The translations under genes and the position numbers were made by a program. A DNA stretch of 64,000 nt, taken from positions 87,501 through 151,500 of the forward strand of contig CADACQ010000009.1 of NCBI GenBank assembly GCA_902786465.1. Direction: 5' to 3'. The DNA is from an uncultured Eubacteriales bacterium. GTDB lineage: Bacteria > Bacillota > Clostridia > Christensenellales > CAG-138. Under the pieces are notes generated by a model. The model made no database searches. It was not told the DNA's origin and saw nothing but the letters and a program-made list of their open reading frames with translations. Positions within the stretch are counted from its first letter, which is position 1; the number at the start of each line of letters is the position of its first letter. Shown here piece after piece: positions 9,376 through 18,748 of the stretch.

Positions 9376-10095
9376 TTATTCTTTGGCGGCTTTGAGCAGG
9401 GCGTCGATCTCGCTGTCGGTGAGGTAGCGCCACTGGCCGCTCTTCAGGTCGCCCAAGGTCAAAGGGCCGTAGCCCTCCCGCTTGAGGCGCAGTGTCCTGT
9501 GGCCAACGGCCTCCAGCATGCGCCGGATCTGCCGGTTGCGGCCCTCGTGGATGGTGATGGAGATGCCCGTATCCCCCTTCTGATTGGCGGTGGTGTAGTT
9601 GATGCGGGCGGGGGCGGTCATGCCGTCCTCCAACATAACGCCGTTAGTGAGCTGGGCCCGCTGCTGGGCCGTCAGCTTCCCGTCGCAGACAGCGTAGTAG
9701 GTCTTCTCCACCTTGAAGCGGGGATGAGTCATCTTGTTGCACAGGTCCCCATCGTTGGTCATGAGCAACAGCCCTTCGGAATTGAGATCCAGGCGGCCGA
9801 TGTTGTAGAGCCGCTCCGGGATGTCGGTGAAGAAGTCCTGGACGGTCCTGCGGCCCTCCGGGTCCGAGCTGGAGCAGATGACGCCCCGAGGCTTATAGAA
9901 GAGGATGACGATCCGCTTCTGGACCAGGGTCACGGGCTGCCCGTCCAGCAGCACTTGGTCCCCCGGCTCCACGGACATACCCAGGGTGGCCACGGTGCCG
10001 TTCACCGTGACCCGGCCCTCCTCGATGAGCTTTTCCGAGGCCCGCCGGGAGGCCACCCCCGCCGCGGCCATGAACTTCTGCAATCTCTCCCCCAT
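9376..10095 (-). CDS. rluB: 23S rRNA pseudouridine synthase, RsuA/RluB family
   Basis: 239 aa with an S4 domain (RLQKFMAAAGVASRR) and the catalytic GRLDLNSEGLLL. Confidence 0.9.
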   Translation of the reverse strand: MGERLQKFMAAAGVASRRASEKLIEEGRVTVNGTVATLGMSVEPGDQVLLDGQPVTLVQKRIVILFYKPRGVICSSSDPEGRRTVQDFFTDIPERLYNIGRLDLNSEGLLLMTNDGDLCNKMTHPRFKVEKTYYAVCDGKLTAQQRAQLTNGVMLEDGMTAPARINYTTANQKGDTGISITIHEGRNRQIRRMLEAVGHRTLRLKREGYGPLTLGDLKSGQWRYLTDSEIDALLKAAKE

Positions 10096-10107
10096 GCGCT
10101 TCCCTTT

Positions 10108-11229
10108 CTATGCGGTCAGATATCCCCGCAGGACCCGTTTCAAAAACCATCGGAAGGTCAAAGACGGCACCCCTTCCCTCACAATCAGCGGGACGGTTTT
10201 GACCGATTCCCCGTTCACCGTGAGGATGGCTTCGCCAGCTTTAGTCCCTGCTTCCACCGGCGCGATCAAACCCGGAATTAGACGGATATCCAATGCCGTC
10301 TCGTCCCGACCGTCCCTCCTGACGGGATACAGTATACCTTCTTTCGCCACGGCAAGCAACGTTTTTTTCGCGCTGCCGGTCACCGTGATTGTGCCCACGG
10401 CCAAGCCGGGGGTCAGGAAGATGCGGAGCTTGTAGTCCGCAAAGCCCCGGTCCAAAATCTTTGGGGCGTCGTTCCACATGTCCGGGGCGTTCAGCACCGC
10501 GCCGATGAGCAGCATCCCCTGCCGCTGGGCCGCGAAGCACAGGCACCGGCCCGCCTTCTTGGTGAAGCCGGTCTTGACCCCGCAGCCGCCCTCGATTTGG
10601 GTCAGGACCTTGTTCTTGGTGTGGAAGGTCCGGGGCTTGTCACCGGTGGACGTCATATATCGCTGGGTACTCACCAGCTCCCGAAAGAAGGGTTCCGCCA
10701 TGGCCGCGGCGGCCATGCGGCAAAGGTCATAGGCGCTGGTGTAGTGGTCGGGGTCGTGGAGGCCGTGGGGGTTCATAAAGTGGGTATCGGAACAACCCAG
10801 GGCCGCCGCCTTGGCGTTCATCCGCGCCGCAAAGACGTCCACGGAGCCGCTGAAATGGACGGCCAACGTCACCGCCGCGTCGTTGCCGCTGACCATCATA
10901 AGGCCGTATAAAAGGTCCCGCAGGCTGAGCTTCTCCCCCGCGTTGAGGTGCATGGAGGAGCCCTCGGTGCCCGCCGCCTCCGGGGGCACGACGATGAGGG
11001 TGTCCAGGTCCTCCCCCGCCTCCAGGACCAGCAGGGCGGTCATGATCTTGGTGGTGCTGGCCATGGGGAGCCGATCGTGCTCGTGTTCCCCCAGGAGCAG
11101 CCGTCCGCTGGTGGCCTCCACCAGGGCCCAGGCCTTGGCGGTGATCCGTCCCTCCTTCTGGGCGGCCCGAGCCTGGCCGGGGATCAGCAGGAGCAGAATG
11201 AGCAGCAGGGACCGAAAGCGCCTTACCAC
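10108..11229 (-). CDS. D-alanyl-D-alanine carboxypeptidase (S11 family, low-MW PBP)
   Basis: 373 aa with a signal peptide and the motifs SxxK (ASTTK), SxN (SGND) and KTG (VKTGFT). Confidence 0.9.
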   Translation of the reverse strand: MVRRFRSLLLILLLLIPGQARAAQKEGRITAKAWALVEATSGRLLLGEHEHDRLPMASTTKIMTALLVLEAGEDLDTLIVVPPEAAGTEGSSMHLNAGEKLSLRDLLYGLMMVSGNDAAVTLAVHFSGSVDVFAARMNAKAAALGCSDTHFMNPHGLHDPDHYTSAYDLCRMAAAAMAEPFFRELVSTQRYMTSTGDKPRTFHTKNKVLTQIEGGCGVKTGFTKKAGRCLCFAAQRQGMLLIGAVLNAPDMWNDAPKILDRGFADYKLRIFLTPGLAVGTITVTGSAKKTLLAVAKEGILYPVRRDGRDETALDIRLIPGLIAPVEAGTKAGEAILTVNGESVKTVPLIVREGVPSLTFRWFLKRVLRGYLTA

Positions 11230-11639
11230 GATTCCCCTTCCTTCTCCTGCTCCTTCTGCTGAAGGCTCAGCCGGACCTCCTTCACGAACTTGGGGAGCTG
11301 CCCCACCAGTCGATCCAGGGTGGAGTCGTAGTTGGCGGGGACCACCGTGACCCCCTCCTCGGTGGTGACCAGGAAAGCCTTGGGGGTCAGGGACACCCCC
11401 GCCACAGCGGTGCCCAGAAAGGGGAAGGTCTTCTGCTCCGCCAGGGCCGCCCCAGCCACCTTGCCCGTGGGGGCATACTCCCCGCCGCCGGAGAAGAAGC
11501 CGAAGCTGACCTTGGACACGGGCACCACCACCCCGTTCCCCGCCGGGATGGGCTCGCCCACGATGGTGTTCACGTCCACGATGGTCTTCAAGCGGGCCAT
11601 GGTGGTCTCGATGATGGATTCAACGCTTTGCATGTGCAT
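11223..11639 (-). CDS. ytfJ: Sporulation protein YtfJ (GerW family)
   Basis: 138 aa: VDVNTIVGEPI...VVPVSKVSFGFFSGGGEY. Confidence 0.85.
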   Translation of the reverse strand: MHMQSVESIIETTMARLKTIVDVNTIVGEPIPAGNGVVVPVSKVSFGFFSGGGEYAPTGKVAGAALAEQKTFPFLGTAVAGVSLTPKAFLVTTEEGVTVVPANYDSTLDRLVGQLPKFVKEVRLSLQQKEQEKEGESW

Positions 11640-12165
11640 GTTTTCCTTTCAGATATTCGAGGATATTCTGTGCCAGGACGAAGCGGCCTATTCCCGAAAG
11701 CCGCAGGGCGCAGATGTTTTTGTCGAAGCAGGCCGTAGGCCGGAGGATCACCTCGTCACAGGCGAGGGCCCCGGCGGCCTTCAACAGCCCGTGGAGGAAG
11801 CCCAGGGCTTCCACGGTCAGGGCCCCATCCGTCTCCAGGCCCACCCAGAGGGTGGCCGAGAGGCGCTTGTGGCGGATCACGGGGGCAAAGCTGCCCTTCT
11901 TCTTCCGCCCGCCGCCCAGGGGCTTGCGACCGCCCCGGCCGTCCAAACGATAGAACTTTAGATAGGGCGGCTGCAAAAAGTCTCCTTCGAGCCGCAGCCG
12001 CAGCAGGGAGGCCACGACCACCTCTCCCCGGCCGCAGGTGGGCGAGAGCCGGGCGTCCAGCCGGAGGCTAAAGGGCCAAAGGAGCAGATAGAGCAGGGTG
12101 AATGCGCCTGCGAACAGCCAAATCATGGCTTTAGCCTGTCCCATGGGCCTGATTTCACGCACCAT
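11620..12165 (-). CDS. DUF2953 (YtfI-like) sporulation membrane protein
   Basis: It has an N-terminal TM segment and sits directly upstream of, and overlapping, ytfJ as in Bacillus ytfI-ytfJ. Direct sequence similarity is weak, and the start may be at an internal Met. Confidence 0.5.
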   Translation of the reverse strand: MVREIRPMGQAKAMIWLFAGAFTLLYLLLWPFSLRLDARLSPTCGRGEVVVASLLRLRLEGDFLQPPYLKFYRLDGRGGRKPLGGGRKKKGSFAPVIRHKRLSATLWVGLETDGALTVEALGFLHGLLKAAGALACDEVILRPTACFDKNICALRLSGIGRFVLAQNILEYLKGKHAHAKR

Positions 12166-12209
12166 TTCCCATCTTTTTCACATTTCATCCATGCACAGCC
12201 GCGGATTTC

Positions 12210-12218
12210 TGCTATAAT
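12210..12218 (+). promoter_or_regulatory. Extended -10 promoter element for the DUF5685 operon
   Basis: TGcTATAAT lies 18 nt upstream of the ATG at 12236. No good -35 is visible. Confidence 0.35.
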
Positions 12219-12235
12219 ACCTGTATTGAGGCTCT

Positions 12236-13081
12236 ATGTTTGGATATATCGGCACAATCGAATCGGAACTGAAGGTGCGGGAGGCCGCCAGCTATAAGAG
12301 CTGGTACTGCGGCCTGTGCAAGTGCATGAAGCGCCGCTACGGCCCCTTTTCTCCCCTGTTCCTCCAATACGACTGCGCGTTCCTGGCCCTCCTCTTCTCC
12401 GGGGAGCTGGGGGAAGCGGTGGACGCCAAACGGTGCCACTGCTTGCACCGGTGTCACGACCCCCACCGAAAGTACCGGCTGGAGACCCCCGCCCTCCGAT
12501 TCGCCGCGGCGGTGAACGTGCTCCTCGCCTACTACAAGTGTCTGGACGACTGGCGAGACGAACGAGACCTTATGAAGGGCGCCGCCGCCCTGCTCCTCAA
12601 GGGAGCCGTGAGGAAGGCCGGGCGGGATTATCCGGATCTGAAGGCGCGGACGGAGCGGTTCTACGAGGACCAGGCCGCCATGGAGCAAGACGACGGGCGG
12701 CTGGACGCGGCGGCGGACCCCACGGGCAAGTATCTCGAAGCCCTGGGGGACATGCTCCCCTTCCCTGAGCAGGAAAAGCTCCCGTTGAAATGGCTCCTCT
12801 ACAACCTGGGCCGATGGATCTATCTCATGGACGCCTGGGACGATCGGGAGAAGGACGGTCAGAAGGGGACCTTCAACCCCTATCTGAAGGCCAACACCTC
12901 TAAGGATGACGCCGCCTTCGGGCTCTACGCCTCGTTGGAGGAGGCTCGCAAGGCCTTCGATCTTCTGTCCCCCCACCGGGATCGGGGGATCATGGAAAAC
13001 GTACTTTATCTGGGGTGCCCTGAGCGCACCCGGAAGGTTTTGGAAGGAAGCGGAAAGGAGGTCGGTCATGAATCCCTATAA
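12236..13081 (+). CDS. DUF5685 family protein (Cys/His-rich, function unknown)
   Basis: 281 aa starting [36 protein letters not shown], with [10 protein letters not shown] and [11 protein letters not shown]. Confidence 0.75.
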   Translation: MFGYIGTIESELKVREAASYKSWYCGLCKCMKRRYGPFSPLFLQYDCAFLALLFSGELGEAVDAKRCHCLHRCHDPHRKYRLETPALRFAAAVNVLLAYYKCLDDWRDERDLMKGAAALLLKGAVRKAGRDYPDLKARTERFYEDQAAMEQDDGRLDAAADPTGKYLEALGDMLPFPEQEKLPLKWLLYNLGRWIYLMDAWDDREKDGQKGTFNPYLKANTSKDDAAFGLYASLEEARKAFDLLSPHRDRGIMENVLYLGCPERTRKVLEGSGKEVGHESL

Positions 13082-13712
13082 GGTATTGGGCGTCAGCGAA
13101 AACGCCTCCCAGGAGGAGATCCGCAAGGCATATCTTGCCCTGGTGAAGAAGTATCATCCCGACCGCTATGCCGACGGGCCCATGAAGGACATGGCCAACG
13201 AGAAGCTCAAGGAGATCAACCAGGCCTACGAGATGCTCACCAAGAAGAAGGAGTCCTCGGGCTACGGCGGCTCCTCGAGCTACGGCGGCTACGGCTCCTA
13301 TGGGCACAGCACCTATTCCCAGGGCGGCTATTGGCAGAGCCAGGGCAGCTATTCCGGGGACTACGCCCAGGAGTTCTCCCGGGTCCGCAGCTACTTCTCC
13401 CAGAACAATCTGAACGCCGCCCGGACCGTGCTGGACGGCATCCCTCTGCACAACGCGGAGTGGCACTACCTCTACGGCATCCTCTACTTCCGCTGGGGCT
13501 GGTACGACCAGGCCCGGCAGCATCTTTCCATGGCCTGCAGCATGGAGCCGGGGAACATGGAGTATCAGAACGCCTACGCCACCGTCATGAACACGGGGCG
13601 GCCCTACGCCAACGGGCCCATCAACATGGGCGGGCAGGACTGCGACATGTGCGACTGGTGCACCACCATGCTGTGCCTCAACTGCCTCTGTAACTGCGGA
13701 GGCTGCCACTGA
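13068..13712 (+). CDS. J-domain protein with Gly/Tyr/Ser-rich linker and Cys-rich C-terminus
   Basis: The ATG at 13068 is preceded by AAAGGAGG and overlaps the DUF5685 3' end by 14 nt. It reads [32 protein letters not shown] (HPD motif). The C-terminus is [26 protein letters not shown]. Confidence 0.85.
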   Translation: MNPYKVLGVSENASQEEIRKAYLALVKKYHPDRYADGPMKDMANEKLKEINQAYEMLTKKKESSGYGGSSSYGGYGSYGHSTYSQGGYWQSQGSYSGDYAQEFSRVRSYFSQNNLNAARTVLDGIPLHNAEWHYLYGILYFRWGWYDQARQHLSMACSMEPGNMEYQNAYATVMNTGRPYANGPINMGGQDCDMCDWCTTMLCLNCLCNCGGCH

Positions 13713-14248
13713 TGGAGAAGAAGAAGCTGCCGCTGAGCCGGCGGGTGTCCCTGGGCGCCATGGTGGCCGCCCTGACGCTGCTGTTCCTCTACGCCTCGGA
13801 GGTGCTCACCGGGTTTCGGTTCCTGTGCGCGGCTCTCAGCGGCTTTTTCGTGGTGGTGCTGGTCCAGGAGGACCTGTTCGGCACCGCCTGGCTGTGCTTC
13901 CTCGCGGTGACCATCCTGGGGTTCCTGCTCTGCCCGGACCGCATGAGCTGGTTCATGTACGTGGCCCTCATCGGCCACTACGGCATCGTGCGCCGGTTCT
14001 TCCAGAAGTTCATCACGGTCCCCGCCGTCCGGTCCGTCTTCACGGTCCTCTACTGCAATCTGGGCACGGCGCTGGGCCTTTGGGCCATGTACACCGTGGC
14101 CGAGGTGAACGTGCTGGAGATGCTGCCGGACATCCCTTTGGTGGTGATCATCCTCATCGTGGAGGCGGTGTTCTTCCTGCTGGACATCCTCTTCGAGGCT
14201 GCGGCGAACCTGTATCAAAAGCGGGTCCGTCGATTCCTGCTCCATTAG
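13712..14248 (+). CDS. Polytopic membrane protein, unknown function
   Basis: 178 aa with about 5 hydrophobic segments. The ATG overlaps the J-domain gene stop (TGATG), and GGAGG lies about 10 nt upstream. Confidence 0.6.
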   Translation: MEKKKLPLSRRVSLGAMVAALTLLFLYASEVLTGFRFLCAALSGFFVVVLVQEDLFGTAWLCFLAVTILGFLLCPDRMSWFMYVALIGHYGIVRRFFQKFITVPAVRSVFTVLYCNLGTALGLWAMYTVAEVNVLEMLPDIPLVVIILIVEAVFFLLDILFEAAANLYQKRVRRFLLH

Positions 14249-14284
14249 CATACGCCCGTCCCTTTCGTCCCATACTAAGTCATC

Positions 14285-16630
14285 ATGGGACGGAAACGAA
14301 ACACAGATATCAATCCAGCTGCCCACCGCCGCCTGAAGCGGTGGCTTTTTTGTATCGCCGCCTTGATCCTCATCCCGGTGGCGGCGGTGGCCGCCTACGT
14401 GCTGAGCCGGGACGCCTGGCACATGCTGGACGAGGAGAAGCTCAGCTACGAGAAGCTTAGCGTCCAGGTCTTCGACGGGAACGATCAGCTCTTTTCCGCC
14501 CTCTCCGGCGGCGAGGAACGGCTGCTGACCCGTATCGAGGACCTGCCCGACCACGTGAAGAACGCCTTTATCGCCGCCGAGGACGCCCGGTTCTACGACC
14601 ACCCGGGGGTGGACGTAGTGCGTATTTTGGGGGCCGCCTGGAGCGACCTTAAGGCCGGGGCCTTCGTGGAGGGGGCCAGCACCATCACCCAGCAGCTCAT
14701 CAAGCTCACCCATCTCAACAGCCGCAAGGAACTCTCCCGGAAGGTGGACGAAGCCATCCTGGCGGTCCAACTGGAGCGGCTCTACGGCAAGGACCAGATA
14801 CTGGAGATGTACCTCAACACCGTCTACTTCGGTTCCGGCTACTATGGCCTCGAGACCGCGGCCCGGGGGTACTTCGGCGTGAGCGCGTCGGAGCTGAGTC
14901 TCGATCAGGTGGCCCTTTTGGCCGGGGTGCTCAAGTCCCCCGCCCGCTTCTCCCCTCAGCGCCGTCCCGAGGCGTCTGTGGGCCGCCGGGGCGTCATCCT
15001 GCACCTGATGGCGGAGTACGGGATGATCTCGGAAGCGGAGGCCGACGAAGCCTCCGCTCGGCCTTTGCGTCTGAAAAAGGATTCTGTTTTGGAGCGCCGG
15101 GGGTACTATGTGGATTACGCTCTGCTGGAGAGCTGCCGGCTGCTGGGGGTCACCATGAACCGGCTGCTGAACGACGGGTACAGGATCTATACAGGCATGG
15201 ACCGGGAGGCGGAGGCCCTATGCGAATCTCTCTTTCGGGAGGACCGGTTCTTCCCCCAGGTGAACGGGGAGAGCGCCCAGGGGGCCATCTGCCTCATGGA
15301 CGCCCGCACGGGCTGTATCTGCGCCCTGGTGGGGGGCCGGGACGAGAACGTGGCCCTGGGGTACAACCGGGCTGTGCGCATCCGCCGCCAGCCCGGGTCC
15401 GTCATCAAGCCCATCCTGGTCTACGGTCCGGCTCTCGAAGCCGGGTACACGGCGGCGGACATGCTGCTGGACGAAAGCTCCACCTTCGGGGACTACGCCC
15501 CCTCCGACGCCAGCCGCCGCTATCGGGGCTGGGTCACCATGCGGGAGGCGGTGACCCGGTCCTTGAACATCCCGGCGGTGGAGCTGTTCAGCGAGCTGGG
15601 CATCGGCCGCTGCAAAAGCTTCGCCCGACAGCTGGGCATCCCCTTCGACAAGAACGACACCCGCCTTGCTTTGGCCCTGGGGGGCTTCACCTATGGGGTC
15701 TCCCCCAAGGAGCTGTGCGCTGCCTACGCCGCCTTCGCCGCCGGGGGCGTGTATCGGACCCCCACGCTGATCCGCCGCATCGAGGACAGGGACGGCCGCG
15801 TGGTCTACGAAGCCCACCCCTTCGCCCGGCGGGTCATGAGCGAGGGCAGCGCCTTCATCCTGACCAGCATGCTCCAAAGCGTGGTCCAGCAGGGCACGGC
15901 CAAGGCCCTCAGCGACCTTCCCATGGAGGTGGCCGCCAAGACGGGCACTGTGGGGGACGAGACCGGGAACCGGGACATATGGCTGGCCGCCTACACGGCG
16001 GAGCATGCGGCTGTGATCTGGATGGGCTTCGACGAGAACAGCCATGGCAAGCTCCTGCCCCCGGACTCGGGGGGCGGCGGCTATCCGGCAGCCCTCATGA
16101 AGGAGGTGTTGACCGGCCTCTATGCGGACAGGACGGCCCCGGTCTTCCATCAGCCGGAGTCCGTGGTACGGGTGCGGCTGGACGGCTACACCATGGACGC
16201 CCAGCACGAGGCCGTGCTGGCCACCAGCTACACGCCCGACAGCTACGGGGTCTGGGAGTATTTCCTCAAGGGCACGGAGCCCACTGACGAGAGCGCCTAT
16301 TGGTCCGTGCCGGAGCCGCCGGATGACCTTTCCGTCACCCGGGCCGGGAACCTGGTCAGCGTCCGGTTCACCCCCAAGCAGGATCACGTCCGATATCTAT
16401 TGTACCGGGAGACGGCGGACGGCTACGCCACGCTGCTGGCCACCTTCGAGGGCACGGAAGCGGGGGTATACACGGACGACGTGTCGGAGCTGCCGGGGCG
16501 GATGCTGTCCTACTACGTGGTCCCCGTGCACCCCATGATCACCGTGGCGGGCACGCCCCTGGTGGGGCCTTCCTCCGAAAAGGTGTCCCTGTTTCTGTAT
16601 GCACCGGATTATTTTTTGAATGCATCGTGA
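14285..16630 (+). CDS. Class A penicillin-binding protein (glycosyltransferase GT51 + transpeptidase)
   Basis: 781 aa with a TM anchor, the GT51 motifs EDARFYDHPGVD and GASTITQQL, and the transpeptidase motifs SVIKP and KTGT. Confidence 0.9.
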   Translation: MGRKRNTDINPAAHRRLKRWLFCIAALILIPVAAVAAYVLSRDAWHMLDEEKLSYEKLSVQVFDGNDQLFSALSGGEERLLTRIEDLPDHVKNAFIAAEDARFYDHPGVDVVRILGAAWSDLKAGAFVEGASTITQQLIKLTHLNSRKELSRKVDEAILAVQLERLYGKDQILEMYLNTVYFGSGYYGLETAARGYFGVSASELSLDQVALLAGVLKSPARFSPQRRPEASVGRRGVILHLMAEYGMISEAEADEASARPLRLKKDSVLERRGYYVDYALLESCRLLGVTMNRLLNDGYRIYTGMDREAEALCESLFREDRFFPQVNGESAQGAICLMDARTGCICALVGGRDENVALGYNRAVRIRRQPGSVIKPILVYGPALEAGYTAADMLLDESSTFGDYAPSDASRRYRGWVTMREAVTRSLNIPAVELFSELGIGRCKSFARQLGIPFDKNDTRLALALGGFTYGVSPKELCAAYAAFAAGGVYRTPTLIRRIEDRDGRVVYEAHPFARRVMSEGSAFILTSMLQSVVQQGTAKALSDLPMEVAAKTGTVGDETGNRDIWLAAYTAEHAAVIWMGFDENSHGKLLPPDSGGGGYPAALMKEVLTGLYADRTAPVFHQPESVVRVRLDGYTMDAQHEAVLATSYTPDSYGVWEYFLKGTEPTDESAYWSVPEPPDDLSVTRAGNLVSVRFTPKQDHVRYLLYRETADGYATLLATFEGTEAGVYTDDVSELPGRMLSYYVVPVHPMITVAGTPLVGPSSEKVSLFLYAPDYFLNAS

Positions 16631-16669
16631 AAACGGCATGTTTTTTGCAGACCATACTGTATAAAGAGA

Positions 16670-16698
16670 TTGACTATTCATGTCGTTCTTTATATAAT
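16670..16698 (+). promoter_or_regulatory. Sigma-A-like promoter of the GntR gene
   Basis: TTGACT - 17 nt - TATAAT in an AT-rich gap. A small palindrome, ATTAG-CTT-CTAAT, lies just downstream. Confidence 0.45.
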
Positions 16699-16739
16699 AT
16701 ATTAGCTTCTAATTAAGAATATGTTGAAAGAGGTGCGTC

Positions 16740-17405
16740 ATGGATTATCGTGAATTGGCAGAAGCGGTCGGTCCCCGTACCGGCGCGACCCAGGAATGGG
16801 TGTTTCGCGTGCTGCGGGAGGGCATCATCAGCGGCAAGCTCAAGGGCGGCACGCAGCTCAAGCAGGACGAGGTGTCCGCGGCGCTGACCGTGAGCCATAT
16901 CCCCGTGCGGGAGGCCCTGCGGCAGCTGGAGGCTCAGGGGCTGGTGACCATCCATCCCAACCGGGGCTCCACCGTGACCCAGCTCAGCCGTTCGGATCTG
17001 GAGGACATGATGGAGATCCGGGCCAGCATCTCCTACTATATCGCCCGCCGGGCCATCCCCCTCATGAGCGAGGAGGATCTGAACGAGCTGCAGGCCGTCA
17101 TCGAGGAGCAGAAGACAGCTCAGGACATGTTCGAGGAGGAGCGCCTCAACTACAAGTTCCATGAGATCCTGACTCGCCGGGCCAAGAACAAGGTGGCGGA
17201 CATGTTCATCGAGCTCATCCACTGGAACGCCGATCGGTATTTGAGGGACGCCCTCTATACGGATCCATCCCGCCGGGGCCAGTCCATCGCCGAGCATCAG
17301 GCCATTCTGGACGCCTGTCGGGCCGGGGACGCGGAGAAGGCCAGCAGCCTCCTCCACGACCACATCATCGAGGCCCGCAAGTACATCCCCGAGGACCTGG
17401 ATTAA
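16740..17405 (+). CDS. GntR-family transcriptional regulator (FadR/FCD-type C-terminal domain)
   Basis: 221 aa with a winged HTH (LKQDEVSAALTVSHIPVREALRQLEAQGLV) and a helical FCD-like C-terminus. Confidence 0.85.
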   Translation: MDYRELAEAVGPRTGATQEWVFRVLREGIISGKLKGGTQLKQDEVSAALTVSHIPVREALRQLEAQGLVTIHPNRGSTVTQLSRSDLEDMMEIRASISYYIARRAIPLMSEEDLNELQAVIEEQKTAQDMFEEERLNYKFHEILTRRAKNKVADMFIELIHWNADRYLRDALYTDPSRRGQSIAEHQAILDACRAGDAEKASSLLHDHIIEARKYIPEDLD

Positions 17406-17566
17406 GTGTTGGTCCGAAAGTAGAGCAGCAGGAGCAGGCCCAGGTCTACAGCCAATAAAAAGAATATGGGCAGGGCGGCAGCGATGCCGCCCTTTTTGAT
17501 GCAGTAAAGGGCGTAGGCCGCCCCGTACAGCAGGATGCCGCCAGCCGCCAGCATGAAAAGAAACAT
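17402..17566 (-). CDS. Small (54 aa) two-TM membrane protein downstream of gerAC
   Basis: Too short for the ORF track. The ATG at 17566 is preceded by GGAGGGAAGG. It reads MFLFMLAAGGILLYGAAYALYCIKKGGIAAALPIFFLLAVDLGLLLLLYFRTNT. Its stop overlaps the convergent GntR stop. Confidence 0.4.
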   Translation of the reverse strand: MFLFMLAAGGILLYGAAYALYCIKKGGIAAALPIFFLLAVDLGLLLLLYFRTNT

Positions 17567-17578
17567 ACCTTCCCTCCT

Positions 17579-18748
17579 CTATTCCAGGGCCGGGTCCTTG
17601 GGGCTGTGGGACAGCTTCACCTTCACCCGGAAGTCCGGCTCCACCTCCTTAAGGCGACGGGCGAATCCGTAGGCGCGCCAGCTGTCCCAGCTTCGGAAGG
17701 CGCAGATGGCGTCCCGGCCCACGCTGAACACGTCCGCCCCCGCCGCCGCCGTGGCGCGAAACACCTGCTCGAGCTCCGCTTTGAGGTAGCTTTCCGCCGC
17801 AGTGATCAGCTCCTCCGATTCCACCTCCACCTGGGCCGGATGCTCCAAATCCCCCTCCAAAACGATCTCGCAGGTGAAGATCCCCGCCTGCCAACGCCTC
17901 TTAGGCTTCCCCACGGCGTAGAGGGCCAGGTCCAGCTCCGTCCCCTTCCAGGGCAGGCGCAGATGGCCCGTCCGAAAGGCGCCGTTGGCCATGAGCACCA
18001 GCATGGTGTGCTGGCCGGAGAGGACGCCCGCCATCCGATCCCCCGCGAACACGGCGCTGCCGCAAAGGGAGGTCTTGATCTGCCCCTCCCCCAGGAGGCC
18101 GCCGCCCAGGTAGGGATAGACCTGTCCCCCCACCATGTCGGGCTGCAGGGGGCCGCCCACCAGCCCGGCGTAGGGAAGCAGGGCGTCTCCGGTGTCGTTG
18201 GAGAAGGCCTCCCGGACCCGGCTCAACCCCCAGTCCTCCACATAGCCGAAGTTTTCCTCGAACAGCTTCACGTTGGTCTTCAGCCGGTTCATGCTGGGGT
18301 CCCCCTCGCTGACCAGGCCCCGGAAGGCCCCTCGCATGTCCTCCTCCACCACGATGACCCGGACGTTCTGCCGTATCTTCAGCCGGCTCAGGGCCCCCGC
18401 CATGACTGCCTCCATCTCCCCCGCCTCCGCCAGCTCCCGGGAGAAGGCCAAAAGGGTGGTCCGCTCGAAGGAGAGCTGGGCGGGCAGGGCTCCCGAAAGG
18501 GCGTCGATGGCGGCGAAGAGGCTCCCCTCCTCGGCGCAGACCATGGACACCTCCCCTCTGTCTCCCCCATCCTCCCCGCTGCCCGCGGTGTCCTCGTTCA
18601 GCAGGAACACGAACCGATAGGGCATGGCGTCCCCTCGCTCCACCCCCAGATCCAGCACGTAGCAGTATCTGTCCAGGGGCACGCCCCCCAGGCAGCCGCC
18701 CGAAAGGGGCAAAACCAGCAGCAAGAAGGCGATGACGATCCGCTTCAT
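17579..18748 (-). CDS. Ger(x)C-family spore germination lipoprotein
   Basis: 389 aa with a lipobox (LPLSGGC). It is the third gene after the GerAA and GerAB homologues and overlaps the gerAB stop. Confidence 0.85.
   Translation of the reverse strand: MKRIVIAFLLLVLPLSGGCLGGVPLDRYCYVLDLGVERGDAMPYRFVFLLNEDTAGSGEDGGDRGEVSMVCAEEGSLFAAIDALSGALPAQLSFERTTLLAFSRELAEAGEMEAVMAGALSRLKIRQNVRVIVVEEDMRGAFRGLVSEGDPSMNRLKTNVKLFEENFGYVEDWGLSRVREAFSNDTGDALLPYAGLVGGPLQPDMVGGQVYPYLGGGLLGEGQIKTSLCGSAVFAGDRMAGVLSGQHTMLVLMANGAFRTGHLRLPWKGTELDLALYAVGKPKRRWQAGIFTCEIVLEGDLEHPAQVEVESEELITAAESYLKAELEQVFRATAAAGADVFSVGRDAICAFRSWDSWRAYGFARRLKEVEPDFRVKVKLSHSPKDPALE

Noticed and set aside
13604-15004. 466-aa minus-strand ORF
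   Set aside because: It runs antisense across three real plus-strand genes (J-domain, membrane protein, PBP). Its His/Gln/Gly-rich composition is not protein-like.
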